This document shows, piece after piece, positions 27,055 through 35,487 of a stretch of DNA of 40,215 nt. The DNA lies in IMG/VR virus record IMGVR_UViG_3300012231_000022, positions 1 through 40,215 of that record; one strand, 5' to 3'. The stretch's first letter is position 1, and every line of letters starts with the position of its first letter. Source of the DNA: a virus. Taxonomy: Duplodnaviria; Caudoviricetes. A program made the position numbers and the translations under genes. The notes under the pieces were generated by a model. That model saw only the letters and a list, made by a program, of their open reading frames with translations, searched no databases and had not been told where the DNA came from.

Positions 27055-28071
27055 CTAGGGCGCCGGCGCGGTCCTCACGGACGTGTAGCGCGCCTTCAGC
27101 CGGAGGAAGGGGCGCTCAAGGGAGTGGTAGGATACGGCGGCGAGCGCCAGGGTGAGGGCGAACGCCGCCGGCAGCTTGTACGGCCACCACCAGGCGCTGA
27201 CCACGTGGATCGCGGCCATGTGGAAGACGTAGAGCCCGTACGAGATCCGGCCCAGATAGACGAGCGCCGGGTGCGACAGCCACGCCGAGCCCGCCAGCGC
27301 CGCCACGAGCGCCCCGCCACAGGCCAGCGAGGCCCCCAGAAACGCGAGCGTGACCACGGCGGGGGCCATAGCGACCGGGTTGCTTGCGGGCGGCGCCAGC
27401 AGCCACCGCCACAGCACCACGGCCACGGCGAGCACGACCAGCGGAGCGCTCGCGCCCAGGACGCCCCGCGCGGCGGGGCAGAGCTCCACGCGCGGCGCTA
27501 GCGCGATGAGCGCGCCAAGGCCGAGGGCGTCGAGATGCGCGACGCTGTTGAACCAGGCTGCCCCGACGCTGACGCCCGCCAGGTACAGGCCGTATCGGCC
27601 GGCGACGGCGACGACGACCAGGGCGACGCACGCCGGCCGCAGGAGAGACCGCGGGAGCACGGTCAGCACGAGCGGCCAGGCCACGTAGAACTGCTCCTCG
27701 ACGGACACGCTCCACAGGTGGGCGATCGGCCCGGGCCCGGGGTCCTCGACCCAGTTGCCGGCGAAGAGCGCGAAGGCGACCAGCGCTCGATCCGGCATCC
27801 CGGCAACGATCGCGTTGGCGAACAGAAAGCTGAAGTAGAGCGGCCAGATCCGGAGCGCGCGCCTGGCCCAGAACGCCAGCACGTTGATCCGCCCGGTAGC
27901 GTCGGATTCGCGGACAAGGAGCGCGGTAATGAGATACGACGAAAGGACGAAGAACAGCTCGAGGCCGGCCGCGGTGCCAACATACGTCGCCGCCGGGGCG
28001 GCGTGTCCGATGAAGACCGACAGGAAGGCGAGGAAGCGGAGGCCGTCGAGCTGAGGGATGTAGAAGCGCAT
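27055..28071 (-). CDS. Acyltransferase-3 (OafA/Oac-like O-acetyltransferase)
   Basis: LDGLRFLA..H, FFVLSSYLI, RRALRIWP, HLWSVSVEEQFY, GRISYGLYVFH, SYHSLERP. Confidence 0.93.
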   Translation of the reverse strand: MRFYIPQLDGLRFLAFLSVFIGHAAPAATYVGTAAGLELFFVLSSYLITALLVRESDATGRINVLAFWARRALRIWPLYFSFLFANAIVAGMPDRALVAFALFAGNWVEDPGPGPIAHLWSVSVEEQFYVAWPLVLTVLPRSLLRPACVALVVVAVAGRYGLYLAGVSVGAAWFNSVAHLDALGLGALIALAPRVELCPAARGVLGASAPLVVLAVAVVLWRWLLAPPASNPVAMAPAVVTLAFLGASLACGGALVAALAGSAWLSHPALVYLGRISYGLYVFHMAAIHVVSAWWWPYKLPAAFALTLALAAVSYHSLERPFLRLKARYTSVRTAPAP

Positions 28072-28082
28072 GGGCGGCCCGG

Positions 28083-28091
28083 AGTATAGCA
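28083..28091 (-). promoter_or_regulatory. Extended -10 promoter of the acyltransferase
   Basis: Minus strand tgcTATACT, 11 nt before ATG, no SD. Confidence 0.6.
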
Positions 28092-28347
28092 GGGCTCAGC
28101 CCCGGCGACGGCCCGCCCTGGGGCGCGGAGGCCTGGCCGAGGGTGGAGATGGCGGGGGAGCGGGCCGCGTGGCGCCTGACGGCTCTCCGTGGCTCACGCG
28201 GTTCGCAAACGGTACGATTGGCGAACATAGCCCGCCAGATCAATGTAATTCCCTGCAAATGCGAAGGAGGCGTATCACGACGAGAATCGGAGCTAACGCC
28301 GCGACACCATTGACGATCCAGGCCGAGGGTTCCACGTGCAACACTCC

Positions 28348-28392
28348 TTCGTAATCGGTAGGTCGCGGGTTCAACTCCCGCCCCCGGCTCCA
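28348..28392 (+). other. attP core: 3' half of tRNA-Thr(CGT)
   Basis: ttCGTaa anticodon loop, tcggt, aggtc, T-arm gcggg-ttcaact-cccgc, acceptor ccccggc-t-CCA; 5' half absent; next to integrase. Confidence 0.88.
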
Positions 28393-28405
28393 GCCATGAA
28401 ATCAG

Positions 28406-29533
28406 CTACTTCACCCGCCTCAACCGCTTCGATTTCGGCGCCGGCTCCGGTACGACAACGGGCGGATTCGGCTCGTCCTCCACCCACGCGCGCCCTTTCG
28501 ACGGCATCCAGCGGGCATAGTACCGGAGCGTCGTCTCCGGCGTGCGGTGCCCGAGCTGCGCGGCGACGTAGGTGATCGGCGCGCCGGCCGCCAGCCGGAG
28601 CGAGGCGTACGTGTGGCGCAGATCGTAGAGCCGAAACCCCTCGAGCGTCGCGGCCGTGCGCGCCCGCCGGAACGCCTTGCCCGCTTTCGACAGGTCGCGC
28701 GGCCGGCCGGCCGCGTTGAAGAAGAGCCAGCCCGACTTGTCGCATGGCGGTAAGGCGTACAGTGCGGCCGCCAGGCCTCGGGGCACGTCGATCACGCGCG
28801 TCTCGTGCGTCTTCGTCGGCCGGAGGACGCCCGCCACCCACGCGCGCTCGATGCGGAGCGACGCCTCCGTCGCGTTCAGATCCGCGCGCCGGAGCCCGAG
28901 GCCCTCGCCGGGCCGGAGGCCGGTTTTGGCGAGCAGCTCGAAGTAGACCGCCCACGCGGGCTCCGTCGTGCGGGCCACGGCCAAGAAGGCGTCGCGCTCC
29001 TCCAGGCTCATCGGCTTGACCCGCTCGTACCGCTCGATCGCCGTCAGCGTCTCGCCCCGTCGCCGGCGACCGCGGCCGATCCCGAGGCAGGGGTTCGCCA
29101 CGATCAGCCCGGCCTCGGCCGCATCGGCAAGGCACGCCGACAGCGCCGCGCGGATCCCCCGCACGGACTGTTTCGCCTGCGTCCGAGCCTTCTCCGTGAG
29201 GAGCGCCCGGATGCGCGCGCGGGTCAGCGCGCCGAGGGCGAGGGCGCCGAGCGTGGCGAGCACGTGGCCCGTGAGCCGCTCGCGGTAGTTCAGCAGCGTC
29301 TTCGGGGCGACGTGGGGCGCGATCTCCTCGAGCCACCGCGCGACGTAGTCGGCGAGGGTGATCGTCGGCGGCCCGCCGGCCTGCCGCGGCCCGACGGCGC
29401 CGACCTCGACGCGCCGGGCCCACTCGGCGCCGCGCGCCTGGCCCTTCGTCGCGTACCCCTCGCGCTTGGCGAGCGTGCCGCGGTGCCAGAAGCGGTAGCC
29501 GTAGCCGCCCGCGGGCGTGCGGAAGAGGGTCAT
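28406..29533 (-). CDS. int: Tyrosine integrase
   Basis: TGLRPGE, PTKT, LYDLRHTYAS, QLGH, TLRYY; N-terminal arm-binding and SAM-like domains. Confidence 0.95.
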   Translation of the reverse strand: MTLFRTPAGGYGYRFWHRGTLAKREGYATKGQARGAEWARRVEVGAVGPRQAGGPPTITLADYVARWLEEIAPHVAPKTLLNYRERLTGHVLATLGALALGALTRARIRALLTEKARTQAKQSVRGIRAALSACLADAAEAGLIVANPCLGIGRGRRRRGETLTAIERYERVKPMSLEERDAFLAVARTTEPAWAVYFELLAKTGLRPGEGLGLRRADLNATEASLRIERAWVAGVLRPTKTHETRVIDVPRGLAAALYALPPCDKSGWLFFNAAGRPRDLSKAGKAFRRARTAATLEGFRLYDLRHTYASLRLAAGAPITYVAAQLGHRTPETTLRYYARWMPSKGRAWVEDEPNPPVVVPEPAPKSKRLRRVK

Positions 29534-29883
29534 TCCTTCTCGCTATAGCGCGGCCGCGGGTCCGCAGCCGCCGGGAGGCACACGAATTCGCTGAGGTCCA
29601 GCCACTTCCGGCCCTCGCCCGAGTAGATCGTCACCTGAGTGCCCTTGACGACGACCTCGACTTCCGGTGAAGCGGCCGTCGTTGCGAGGTTCTTCGTCCA
29701 CGCCATCGCCCTTGTTTCGCATTCCCTCCGCGACTCCGCTCCTTCGAGCAGGGACCAATAGCCAAGCCAGTTCTTGCCGGGCATCGTTTTCGACCACTGC
29801 TTCCACAGCACCCACCCGCAGTCAGCGGCGGCTGGGCCGGCGAGCAGCATCCCTACCAGGGCCGCAAGAACGACACTCCTCAT
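29530..29883 (-). CDS. Exported Trp/Cys-rich protein (candidate superinfection exclusion)
   Basis: Signal MRSVVLAALVGMLLAGPAAA; GGAGGG SD; between cI and int. Confidence 0.6.
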   Translation of the reverse strand: MRSVVLAALVGMLLAGPAAADCGWVLWKQWSKTMPGKNWLGYWSLLEGAESRRECETRAMAWTKNLATTAASPEVEVVVKGTQVTIYSGEGRKWLDLSEFVCLPAAADPRPRYSEKE

Positions 29884-29982
29884 CGGTCCCCTCCCTCGAC
29901 CGCGCAGGCCATGGCCGGCGCGCATGACGCACACAAGCTCCCCGTACTCCGTAGCGGTAGGCAGACCACGGCGCCCCTCCGG

Positions 29983-30393
29983 TTATCCATGCCCCCGGAC
30001 ACGCTCGGCCTTCGGTGGTTCGCCGCGCGCCGGCCAGCGCGTCACCTTGACCTGGCCGTACCAGTGCCGCAGGAGCTCTCGACGGCGCTCGGGGTTGTTG
30101 CGTAACTCCGCCGTCAGCTCGCGCGCCAGGTGGTCGGCGAGCTTGCGGGCGTCGGGATCGAGGGCCTCGCCCTGGCTCTCGCCGCGCGCGCTCTTGGCCG
30201 AGGCGCCTGCGAACCAGTCGTGCGGAAGACTCAGAACCCTCGTGAGCTCCAGCAGATTGGCACCCTGAGGAATATCCTCCCCCTTCTCCCATCGAGAGAC
30301 GGTCTGCTTTGAAACGCCGACCTTCTGGCCCAAGGCCTCCTGGGTCAAGGGGACCGCTTTTCGGGCCGCCTTAATTTTCTGTCCTAGATTCAC
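29983..30393 (-). CDS. CI-like XRE HTH repressor
   Basis: LGQKIKAARK..LTQEALGQKVGVSKQTVSRWEKGE; no S24 peptidase domain. Confidence 0.85.
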   Translation of the reverse strand: MNLGQKIKAARKAVPLTQEALGQKVGVSKQTVSRWEKGEDIPQGANLLELTRVLSLPHDWFAGASAKSARGESQGEALDPDARKLADHLARELTAELRNNPERRRELLRHWYGQVKVTRWPARGEPPKAERVRGHG

Positions 30394-30395
30394 GA

Positions 30396-30437
30396 GACAC
30401 CTGTCACGCGATTTTGTTTGACACTAGTCACACGATT
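30396..30437. promoter_or_regulatory. Two 18-bp operator-like repeats
   Basis: gacacctgtcacgcgatt (30396-30413) and gacactagtcacacgatt (30420-30437), each with GAC-N4-GTC dyad. Confidence 0.7.
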
Positions 30438-30446
30438 CAGTATTCT
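30418..30446 (+). promoter_or_regulatory. Sigma70 lytic promoter (PR-like)
   Basis: TTGACA-17 nt-TATTCT. Confidence 0.8.
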
Positions 30447-30453
30447 CCGTCAC

Positions 30454-30708
30454 GTGAGAAAGCCAAGCCCAAGCCAAACCAAGTCCGATCCGGTGAAGCT
30501 AGCACGATTCAAGCGCCGGTTACAGGCCCACGGGATCACGCAGATCGCCATCGCGGAGCGGGCGAGCGTGAGCAACATGCACGTCTGCAACGTGCTCGCC
30601 GGGCGCGACATTAGCGCCAAGGTCCTCCTCGCCGCCAAGGCGCTCCTCGCCGAGGCCCTCGTCACCAAGCGGGTCATGCGGCAGCCGGAAGAGGCCGTCG
30701 CGTCGTGA
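30454..30708 (+). CDS. Cro-like HTH protein (probably leaderless)
   Basis: GITQIAIAERASVSNMHVCNVLAG; divergent from cI; GTG 7 nt after -10. Confidence 0.75.
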   Translation: MRKPSPSQTKSDPVKLARFKRRLQAHGITQIAIAERASVSNMHVCNVLAGRDISAKVLLAAKALLAEALVTKRVMRQPEEAVAS

Positions 30709-30715
30709 GCCGCGC

Positions 30716-30937
30716 GTGAAGGAGATCGCCGCCATGCCCCCAGACCGCAAGCCGCTCGCCCGCTGCCACTCCCGCGAGGTCCGGATCACGTTCCGCGTGA
30801 CGCAGCCGGAGGCCGAGGCCCTGCGTGCGGAGGCGGCAGCGCGCGACGTCGAGCTGTCTCGGCTCATCCGGCGGTGGCTGCTCATGGGGAAAAGGATCGA
30901 CGCGGTGGCGCTCCACGAAAAGGCGGTATTCGCGTGA
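30716..30937 (+). CDS. Ribbon-helix-helix/CopG-like protein
   Basis: RITFRVT..EAEALRAEAAARDVELSRLIRR. Confidence 0.6.
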   Translation: MKEIAAMPPDRKPLARCHSREVRITFRVTQPEAEALRAEAAARDVELSRLIRRWLLMGKRIDAVALHEKAVFA

Positions 30938-31209
30938 CACCCGCCGACGACTTGCGCCCGCCGGTGCCGGATGTCGGACACCTCTCCCTCGCGGAGGCCG
31001 CCCAGCGCCTCGGCTGCTCGACGTCGTTCCTCTACCACCACGTGCCGGCGGGCCACCTCGACGCGCTCGAGCCGTTCAAGAGCGTCACCGGCCGGTGGCA
31101 GATCCCCGCCGCCGCGATCGCGCGCTACGAGGCCGAGCGTCGGCGCACCGCGTATGGAAGGCCACTCCCCACCAAGAACGGAGGCCGCCGTGTCGAGAGC
31201 CAAGGGTAG
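30934..31209 (+). CDS. Excisionase-like HTH protein
   Basis: LSLAEAAQRLGCSTSFLY...GRWQIPAAAIARY. Confidence 0.7.
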   Translation: MTPADDLRPPVPDVGHLSLAEAAQRLGCSTSFLYHHVPAGHLDALEPFKSVTGRWQIPAAAIARYEAERRRTAYGRPLPTKNGGRRVESQG

Positions 31210-31248
31210 GCGTCAGCAGAAAACCAAGGACCGAAAGGAGAACGGGAA

Positions 31249-31332
31249 ATGAACGACGTCGTGACCGCGCTGCTCACCGTCCTGGCCTGCACGGGGTGGG
31301 GCCTCGTGCTGATCCTGGTGGCCGCGCAATGA
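31249..31332 (+). CDS. 27-aa hydrophobic peptide
   Basis: AAAGGAG SD; MNDVVTALLTVLACTGWGLVLILVAAQ; coupled to next gene. Confidence 0.55.
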   Translation: MNDVVTALLTVLACTGWGLVLILVAAQ

Positions 31333-31559
31333 GCCCCGAGGATCGCGCGAAGGTGAACGCCCGTCCGCCGGGGACGCGCCCCGGCTGCTACGAGATCCCC
31401 TCGTCGAGCCTGCCCGGGGCGCTGCAAGCCCGCACGGGCGGCCGGGTGCCGGTGCCGGCGACGCCGCCCGCGCCCGCGGTGATCACCATCGGCCCGCTCG
31501 AGCTGCTCGCGCTCGCGGAAGAGCAGGGGCTCGACGTCTCGCCCGAGGCATGGCGGTGA
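31329..31559 (+). CDS. Hypothetical protein
   Basis: Coupled ATGA overlap. Confidence 0.5.
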   Translation: MSPEDRAKVNARPPGTRPGCYEIPSSSLPGALQARTGGRVPVPATPPAPAVITIGPLELLALAEEQGLDVSPEAWR

Positions 31560-31876
31560 AGCGCTACCTCGGCATCTCTCCTTGGCGATACGGGGGCTGG
31601 AGAAATGCCACGAACGCCCTCACGCCCGAGCAGGCGCAGGCGGCGATGCGCGCCCCGGTGACGGTGGGCGGCGTCCAGATCCCGCTGGAGACGTATCAGC
31701 AGGACGGGAAGAACGAGGGCCGATGCATGTGCTTCGCGTGCACCCCGTACGCCGACGGCTGCGAGGGCGGCGCCGAGGCCACGGCGATCGGCGACGAGGT
31801 GACGCTCGAGCTGTGCAGGCGCTGCTACGACGATCACGCGGACGCCGCGCTCGCCATCGCCGAGCGGGCCGCCTGA
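31550..31876 (+). CDS. Cys-containing hypothetical protein
   Basis: CMCFAC..C..CRRC. Confidence 0.5.
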   Translation: MAVKRYLGISPWRYGGWRNATNALTPEQAQAAMRAPVTVGGVQIPLETYQQDGKNEGRCMCFACTPYADGCEGGAEATAIGDEVTLELCRRCYDDHADAALAIAERAA

Positions 31877-32091
31877 TGCCCGCCGCCACTTTTTACCAGG
31901 CGGTGATCGACCTCAAGCGCGAGCTGCTCGCGCGCGCCCTCGCCGACGCCGGGGGCAATCGAACGCACGCGGCTCGCGCGCTCGGCCTGGAGCGGACCTA
32001 CTTCTGCCGGCTCATTCGCGAGTTCGCCATCAACCCACGCCAGTACGCCCCGGCGTTCGTGACGGACGACGACGTCGAGCGGAGCGCGTGA
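31876..32091 (+). CDS. Stand-alone Fis-type HTH protein
   Basis: ELLARALADAGGNRTHAARALGLERTYFCRLIREF. Confidence 0.8.
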   Translation: MPAATFYQAVIDLKRELLARALADAGGNRTHAARALGLERTYFCRLIREFAINPRQYAPAFVTDDDVERSA

Positions 32092-32372
32092 TGTTCTCCG
32101 ACCTGCTCGCGCTGCCCGGTCTCTGGCGCCCGACGCGCCTCGTGGAGCCGCATCAGCTCATGCCGGGGACGGTCACGCTCGGCGGCTGCTTCATCTGCCG
32201 CGGCTGCCGGCAGACGCTCGACCTCGCCGAGCTGGGCGCGCCGTGCTTCATCGAGACTGTTGGCATCGCGTGCAGTGACTGTGGCGAGCCCGTCTATTTC
32301 CCGCTGACCGCGGTCGACCTGGACATCTACCACATGAAGGGCACGCTCTGCACGGCGTGCCTGCACCCGTGA
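32088..32372 (+). CDS. Cys-rich hypothetical protein
   Basis: Three CxxC motifs. Confidence 0.5.
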   Translation: MMFSDLLALPGLWRPTRLVEPHQLMPGTVTLGGCFICRGCRQTLDLAELGAPCFIETVGIACSDCGEPVYFPLTAVDLDIYHMKGTLCTACLHP

Positions 32373-32551
32373 GCTGCCCCTCCGGCAAGCGCGGCTTTGT
32401 CACGGCCGCGGACGCCGTGCGCGCGCGTCGCGCCTGGGGCGCTCGGCGCCGGAAGCTCACCCGCGTCCATGTGTACCGCTGCGCGTGCGGGCAATGGCAT
32501 CTCGGCCGCAGCGGAAAGAAGCGTCAACCCCTAACCAGGAGGTCACTGTGA
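32369..32551 (+). CDS. Small basic zinc-finger protein
   Basis: CPSGKRGF...VYRCACGQWHL. Confidence 0.6.
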   Translation: MSCPSGKRGFVTAADAVRARRAWGARRRKLTRVHVYRCACGQWHLGRSGKKRQPLTRRSL

Positions 32552-32973
32552 GACATCCGGAAGGACTCACTATAGAGCGACTAGAGCGCCACTTCATGCC
32601 TGAGCCCAACACGGGCTGCTGGCTCTGGATCGGCGCCAGGAATTGGCGCGGCTACGGCCAGATCGGGGCGGGGAATGGGTCAGGCCGCACTCTCATGGCG
32701 CACCGGGCGGCCTACGTGCTCGCCCGAGGCCCCATTCCCGAGGGGATGGACATTGACCACCTGTGCCGTGTGCGTGCCTGCGTGAACCCGGCGCATCTGG
32801 AGGCGGTCACGCACCTGGTGAATGTCCAGCGCGGCAAGGCCGGGTGTCGGCCGACCTGCCCCAGAGGGCACGCCTACGACATCTATCCGGGCGGGCGCCG
32901 CCGGTGCCGAACGTGCACGCGCGATCATAACTCCCGACGTCCCTCTCGCGCCACCAAGGGGGTGCTTCCATGA
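32548..32973 (+). CDS. HNH endonuclease 1
   Basis: CWLWIG..GYG..AHRAAY..IDHLCRVRACVNPAHLEAVTHLVN; C-terminal CPRGH..CRTC. Confidence 0.9.
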   Translation: MRHPEGLTIERLERHFMPEPNTGCWLWIGARNWRGYGQIGAGNGSGRTLMAHRAAYVLARGPIPEGMDIDHLCRVRACVNPAHLEAVTHLVNVQRGKAGCRPTCPRGHAYDIYPGGRRRCRTCTRDHNSRRPSRATKGVLP

Positions 32974-33161
32974 GCGAGCGACAGAGCCCGAAACAGGAGC
33001 TGATCATCACCCTCGACGCCGCATGGAAGCTGTTCGACACGGGCGATCCCGCGCCGGTACGCCTGGCCCAGATCCGCGGGCTCGTCGACCATGCGCGGGC
33101 GCTGGCCCTGCGCGTCGGCGAGCTGGCGAAGCCGCGCAAAGGCAAGGCAGTGGCCACATGA
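32970..33161 (+). CDS. Hypothetical protein
   Basis: Coupled on both sides. Confidence 0.55.
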   Translation: MSERQSPKQELIITLDAAWKLFDTGDPAPVRLAQIRGLVDHARALALRVGELAKPRKGKAVAT

Positions 33162-33607
33162 ACCGCCCGTGCCGAGACCCGCTCGATCGCTTCTGGGAGA
33201 AGGTGCTCCCGGAGCCGAACTCGGGCTGTTGGCTGTGGACCGGGTACACGAACGCGCAGGGGTACGGGAAGTTCAACCGCGGCGGGAACTCGGACGGCGG
33301 TGTCGCCCTCGCGCATCGGTTCGCCTATGAGGCATTCCGCGGGCCGATCCCCGGCGAGATGCCGCTTGACCACCTGTGCCGCGTGCGGCCGTGCGTGAAT
33401 CCGTGGCACACCGAGGCGGTTCCGCAGCGGGAGAACTGGCGGCGCAGCACGAGCCCCAATGCGGTGGCCCACCGCACCGGCGTCTGTAAGCGCGGGCACC
33501 CTGCGACCCCTGAAAACATCTACGTCCGACGCAACGGCTTCCGGTTCTGCCGCCCCTGCGCGGTCGAGAACAGCCGCGCGTTGAGGAGGACCCGCCATGC
33601 CGCCTAG
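33158..33607 (+). CDS. HNH endonuclease 2
   Basis: RFWEKV..CWLWTG..AHRFAY..LDHLCRVRPCVNPWH..EN; CKRGH..CRPC. Confidence 0.9.
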   Translation: MNRPCRDPLDRFWEKVLPEPNSGCWLWTGYTNAQGYGKFNRGGNSDGGVALAHRFAYEAFRGPIPGEMPLDHLCRVRPCVNPWHTEAVPQRENWRRSTSPNAVAHRTGVCKRGHPATPENIYVRRNGFRFCRPCAVENSRALRRTRHAA

Positions 33608-33643
33608 CCCTACGACCAAGCACGACGAGGAAAGGAGATCAGC

Positions 33644-34726
33644 ATGAGTACCGACCCCGTAACCATTCCCGCGGACGAGGAGCGCCTCGTTCCGATCAGC
33701 GGCACCGGCTCACTCCTGGACCGCTGGGTCGCCGCCGATCCCGACGCCGCCATCAAGCGTATCGAGGCGATGACCCGCATCCTGGAATCGCTGCGCGCCG
33801 CCTCCATCCGCGCGACGCACCCGTCCGATTGGATTTGTCACGTCAGCCGCGATCAGGACGGCGCCGTGCTGAGCCAGCGCTGCTACCTGCAGGACATGGG
33901 CGCCGAGCGCGCCGCGCAGCCCTGGGGGATCGACATGGGCGCGCCCGTGATCGAGCGGCAACCACAGAGCGGCAACAACGAGGACGGCACGTTCATGTAC
34001 GTGATGCTCGCGGACGCGTGGTCGAAGGTGACCGGCGCCCGCGTCGAGAACGTGCAGGGCTCGCGGTGGAGCGGCGATCCGTTCTTCGCGAAGTCGAATG
34101 GGCCGGACGACAAGGTCGACCCGAGCGACGTGTTGAAAGCCGCCTACGCGAATCTTCATGGCCGCGCGGTGCGTGCGCTCGCCGGCCTGAACGGCATCCC
34201 GCTCGACACGCTCAAGGCCGCGGGCATCGACGTGTCCAAGGTCGTGATGGTCGACTACACCAAGGGCGGCAAGGGCGGCGAGTCGACGGGCGCCGGCGTC
34301 GGGACGGCCGACGTCGTGATGGCGTTCGGCAAGCAGAAGGGGATGAGGGCGTCCGAGCTGGCGGATGCGGACTTGGCGTGGTACGTCGGCGCCGCGGAGA
34401 AGTCGCTGGCCGATCCGAGCAAGGCCAGCTTTCACAAGGCCGAGCAGCGCCGGCTCGACGCGCTCAAGCGCGAGCAGGAGCAGCGCGCGCGCAAGGCCGA
34501 GCACGAGGCGGCGACGGGCAAGGAGGAGGCGCCGGCGGCGAACGGCGAGCGCATCAAGGCGCAGGAGGTGACGGCCTTCTGGAGCCTGGCGAAGCGGCAC
34601 GGCTGGGAGAAGGCCGAGACGGACTCGCTGCTGCTGGAGATCGGCGCGGCCACCGTCGATCAGATCCCGATGGCCGGCTGGGAGACCATCCGCGCCACCC
34701 TCGAGCGCGGGCCGGTGCGGGCATGA
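33644..34726 (+). CDS. Putative recombination (single-strand annealing-like) protein
   Basis: Heads an exonuclease cluster; DVLKAAYAN..RAVRALAGL; FGKQKG domain. Confidence 0.5.
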   Translation: MSTDPVTIPADEERLVPISGTGSLLDRWVAADPDAAIKRIEAMTRILESLRAASIRATHPSDWICHVSRDQDGAVLSQRCYLQDMGAERAAQPWGIDMGAPVIERQPQSGNNEDGTFMYVMLADAWSKVTGARVENVQGSRWSGDPFFAKSNGPDDKVDPSDVLKAAYANLHGRAVRALAGLNGIPLDTLKAAGIDVSKVVMVDYTKGGKGGESTGAGVGTADVVMAFGKQKGMRASELADADLAWYVGAAEKSLADPSKASFHKAEQRRLDALKREQEQRARKAEHEAATGKEEAPAANGERIKAQEVTAFWSLAKRHGWEKAETDSLLLEIGAATVDQIPMAGWETIRATLERGPVRA

Positions 34727-35487
34727 GTGCCGCGGCGGTCCTCGTCATCCAGGCGGCCGACGTCGCGCGCATCGACCGGCTTGCGGCGCTCGAGATCCAC
34801 GACGGCGCGCAGGAGAAGGACGCCGTCGACGGCCTGGCGTTCGTGCAGGGGATCAAGCGCACCCTCGAGCAGGAGCGCAAGGCGCAGGTCGACCCGCTGA
34901 ACGCCCAGGTGAAGACGATCAACGACACGTTCCGGCCGTACCTGGACGGGGCCACGACGGCCGAGCAGAGGATCAAGGCCGCGATCCTCGACTGGCGCGA
35001 GCGGGAGCGCCGGCGGATCGCCGCCGAGCGGGAACGGGTGCGCCTGGAGAACGAGCGGCGGGAGCTCGCGGCGCAGGCCGAGCAGCTCCGGCTCGCGGCC
35101 GTGGCCCGGCAACAAGAGCAAGCCGAGCGCGAGCGCGTCGCCAAGGCCACCGAGGCGGCCGCGCAGGCCGCAGGCTTCACGCCGAGTGACGCGGCCGAGC
35201 TGGCGATCCTCGAAGCGGCCGACGTGGCCCCTGTGGCCCCACCCGTCGTCGAGGCGCCCGTGCGGCTCGTCGTCCCGTCCGCGCCCCAGGCCACGGTCAA
35301 GGCGACGCTCGGGAGCGCAACGGTGCGGGCCGTCGTCAACCGCGAGGCGATCCGCGCGGCGGTGGAGCCCGGCGCGCGCGAGATCCCCGGCGTTCGGATC
35401 TATCCCGTCTGGCAGTTCGAGGTGGTCAACGCCGCCGCGGTGCCCGACGCCTACCGGCAGGAGCAGCTCGCGGGGCGACGCGCATGA
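34723..35487 (+). CDS. Coiled-coil early protein (Gam/Gp157-like)
   Basis: ERKAQVDPLN..INDTFRP; AVEPGAREIPGVRIY. Confidence 0.55.
   Translation: MSAAAVLVIQAADVARIDRLAALEIHDGAQEKDAVDGLAFVQGIKRTLEQERKAQVDPLNAQVKTINDTFRPYLDGATTAEQRIKAAILDWRERERRRIAAERERVRLENERRELAAQAEQLRLAAVARQQEQAERERVAKATEAAAQAAGFTPSDAAELAILEAADVAPVAPPVVEAPVRLVVPSAPQATVKATLGSATVRAVVNREAIRAAVEPGAREIPGVRIYPVWQFEVVNAAAVPDAYRQEQLAGRRA

Noticed and set aside
28336-28392. Possible phage tRNA gene
   Set aside because: Only the 3' half is present; no matching acceptor 5' strand or D-arm, so it is an att core
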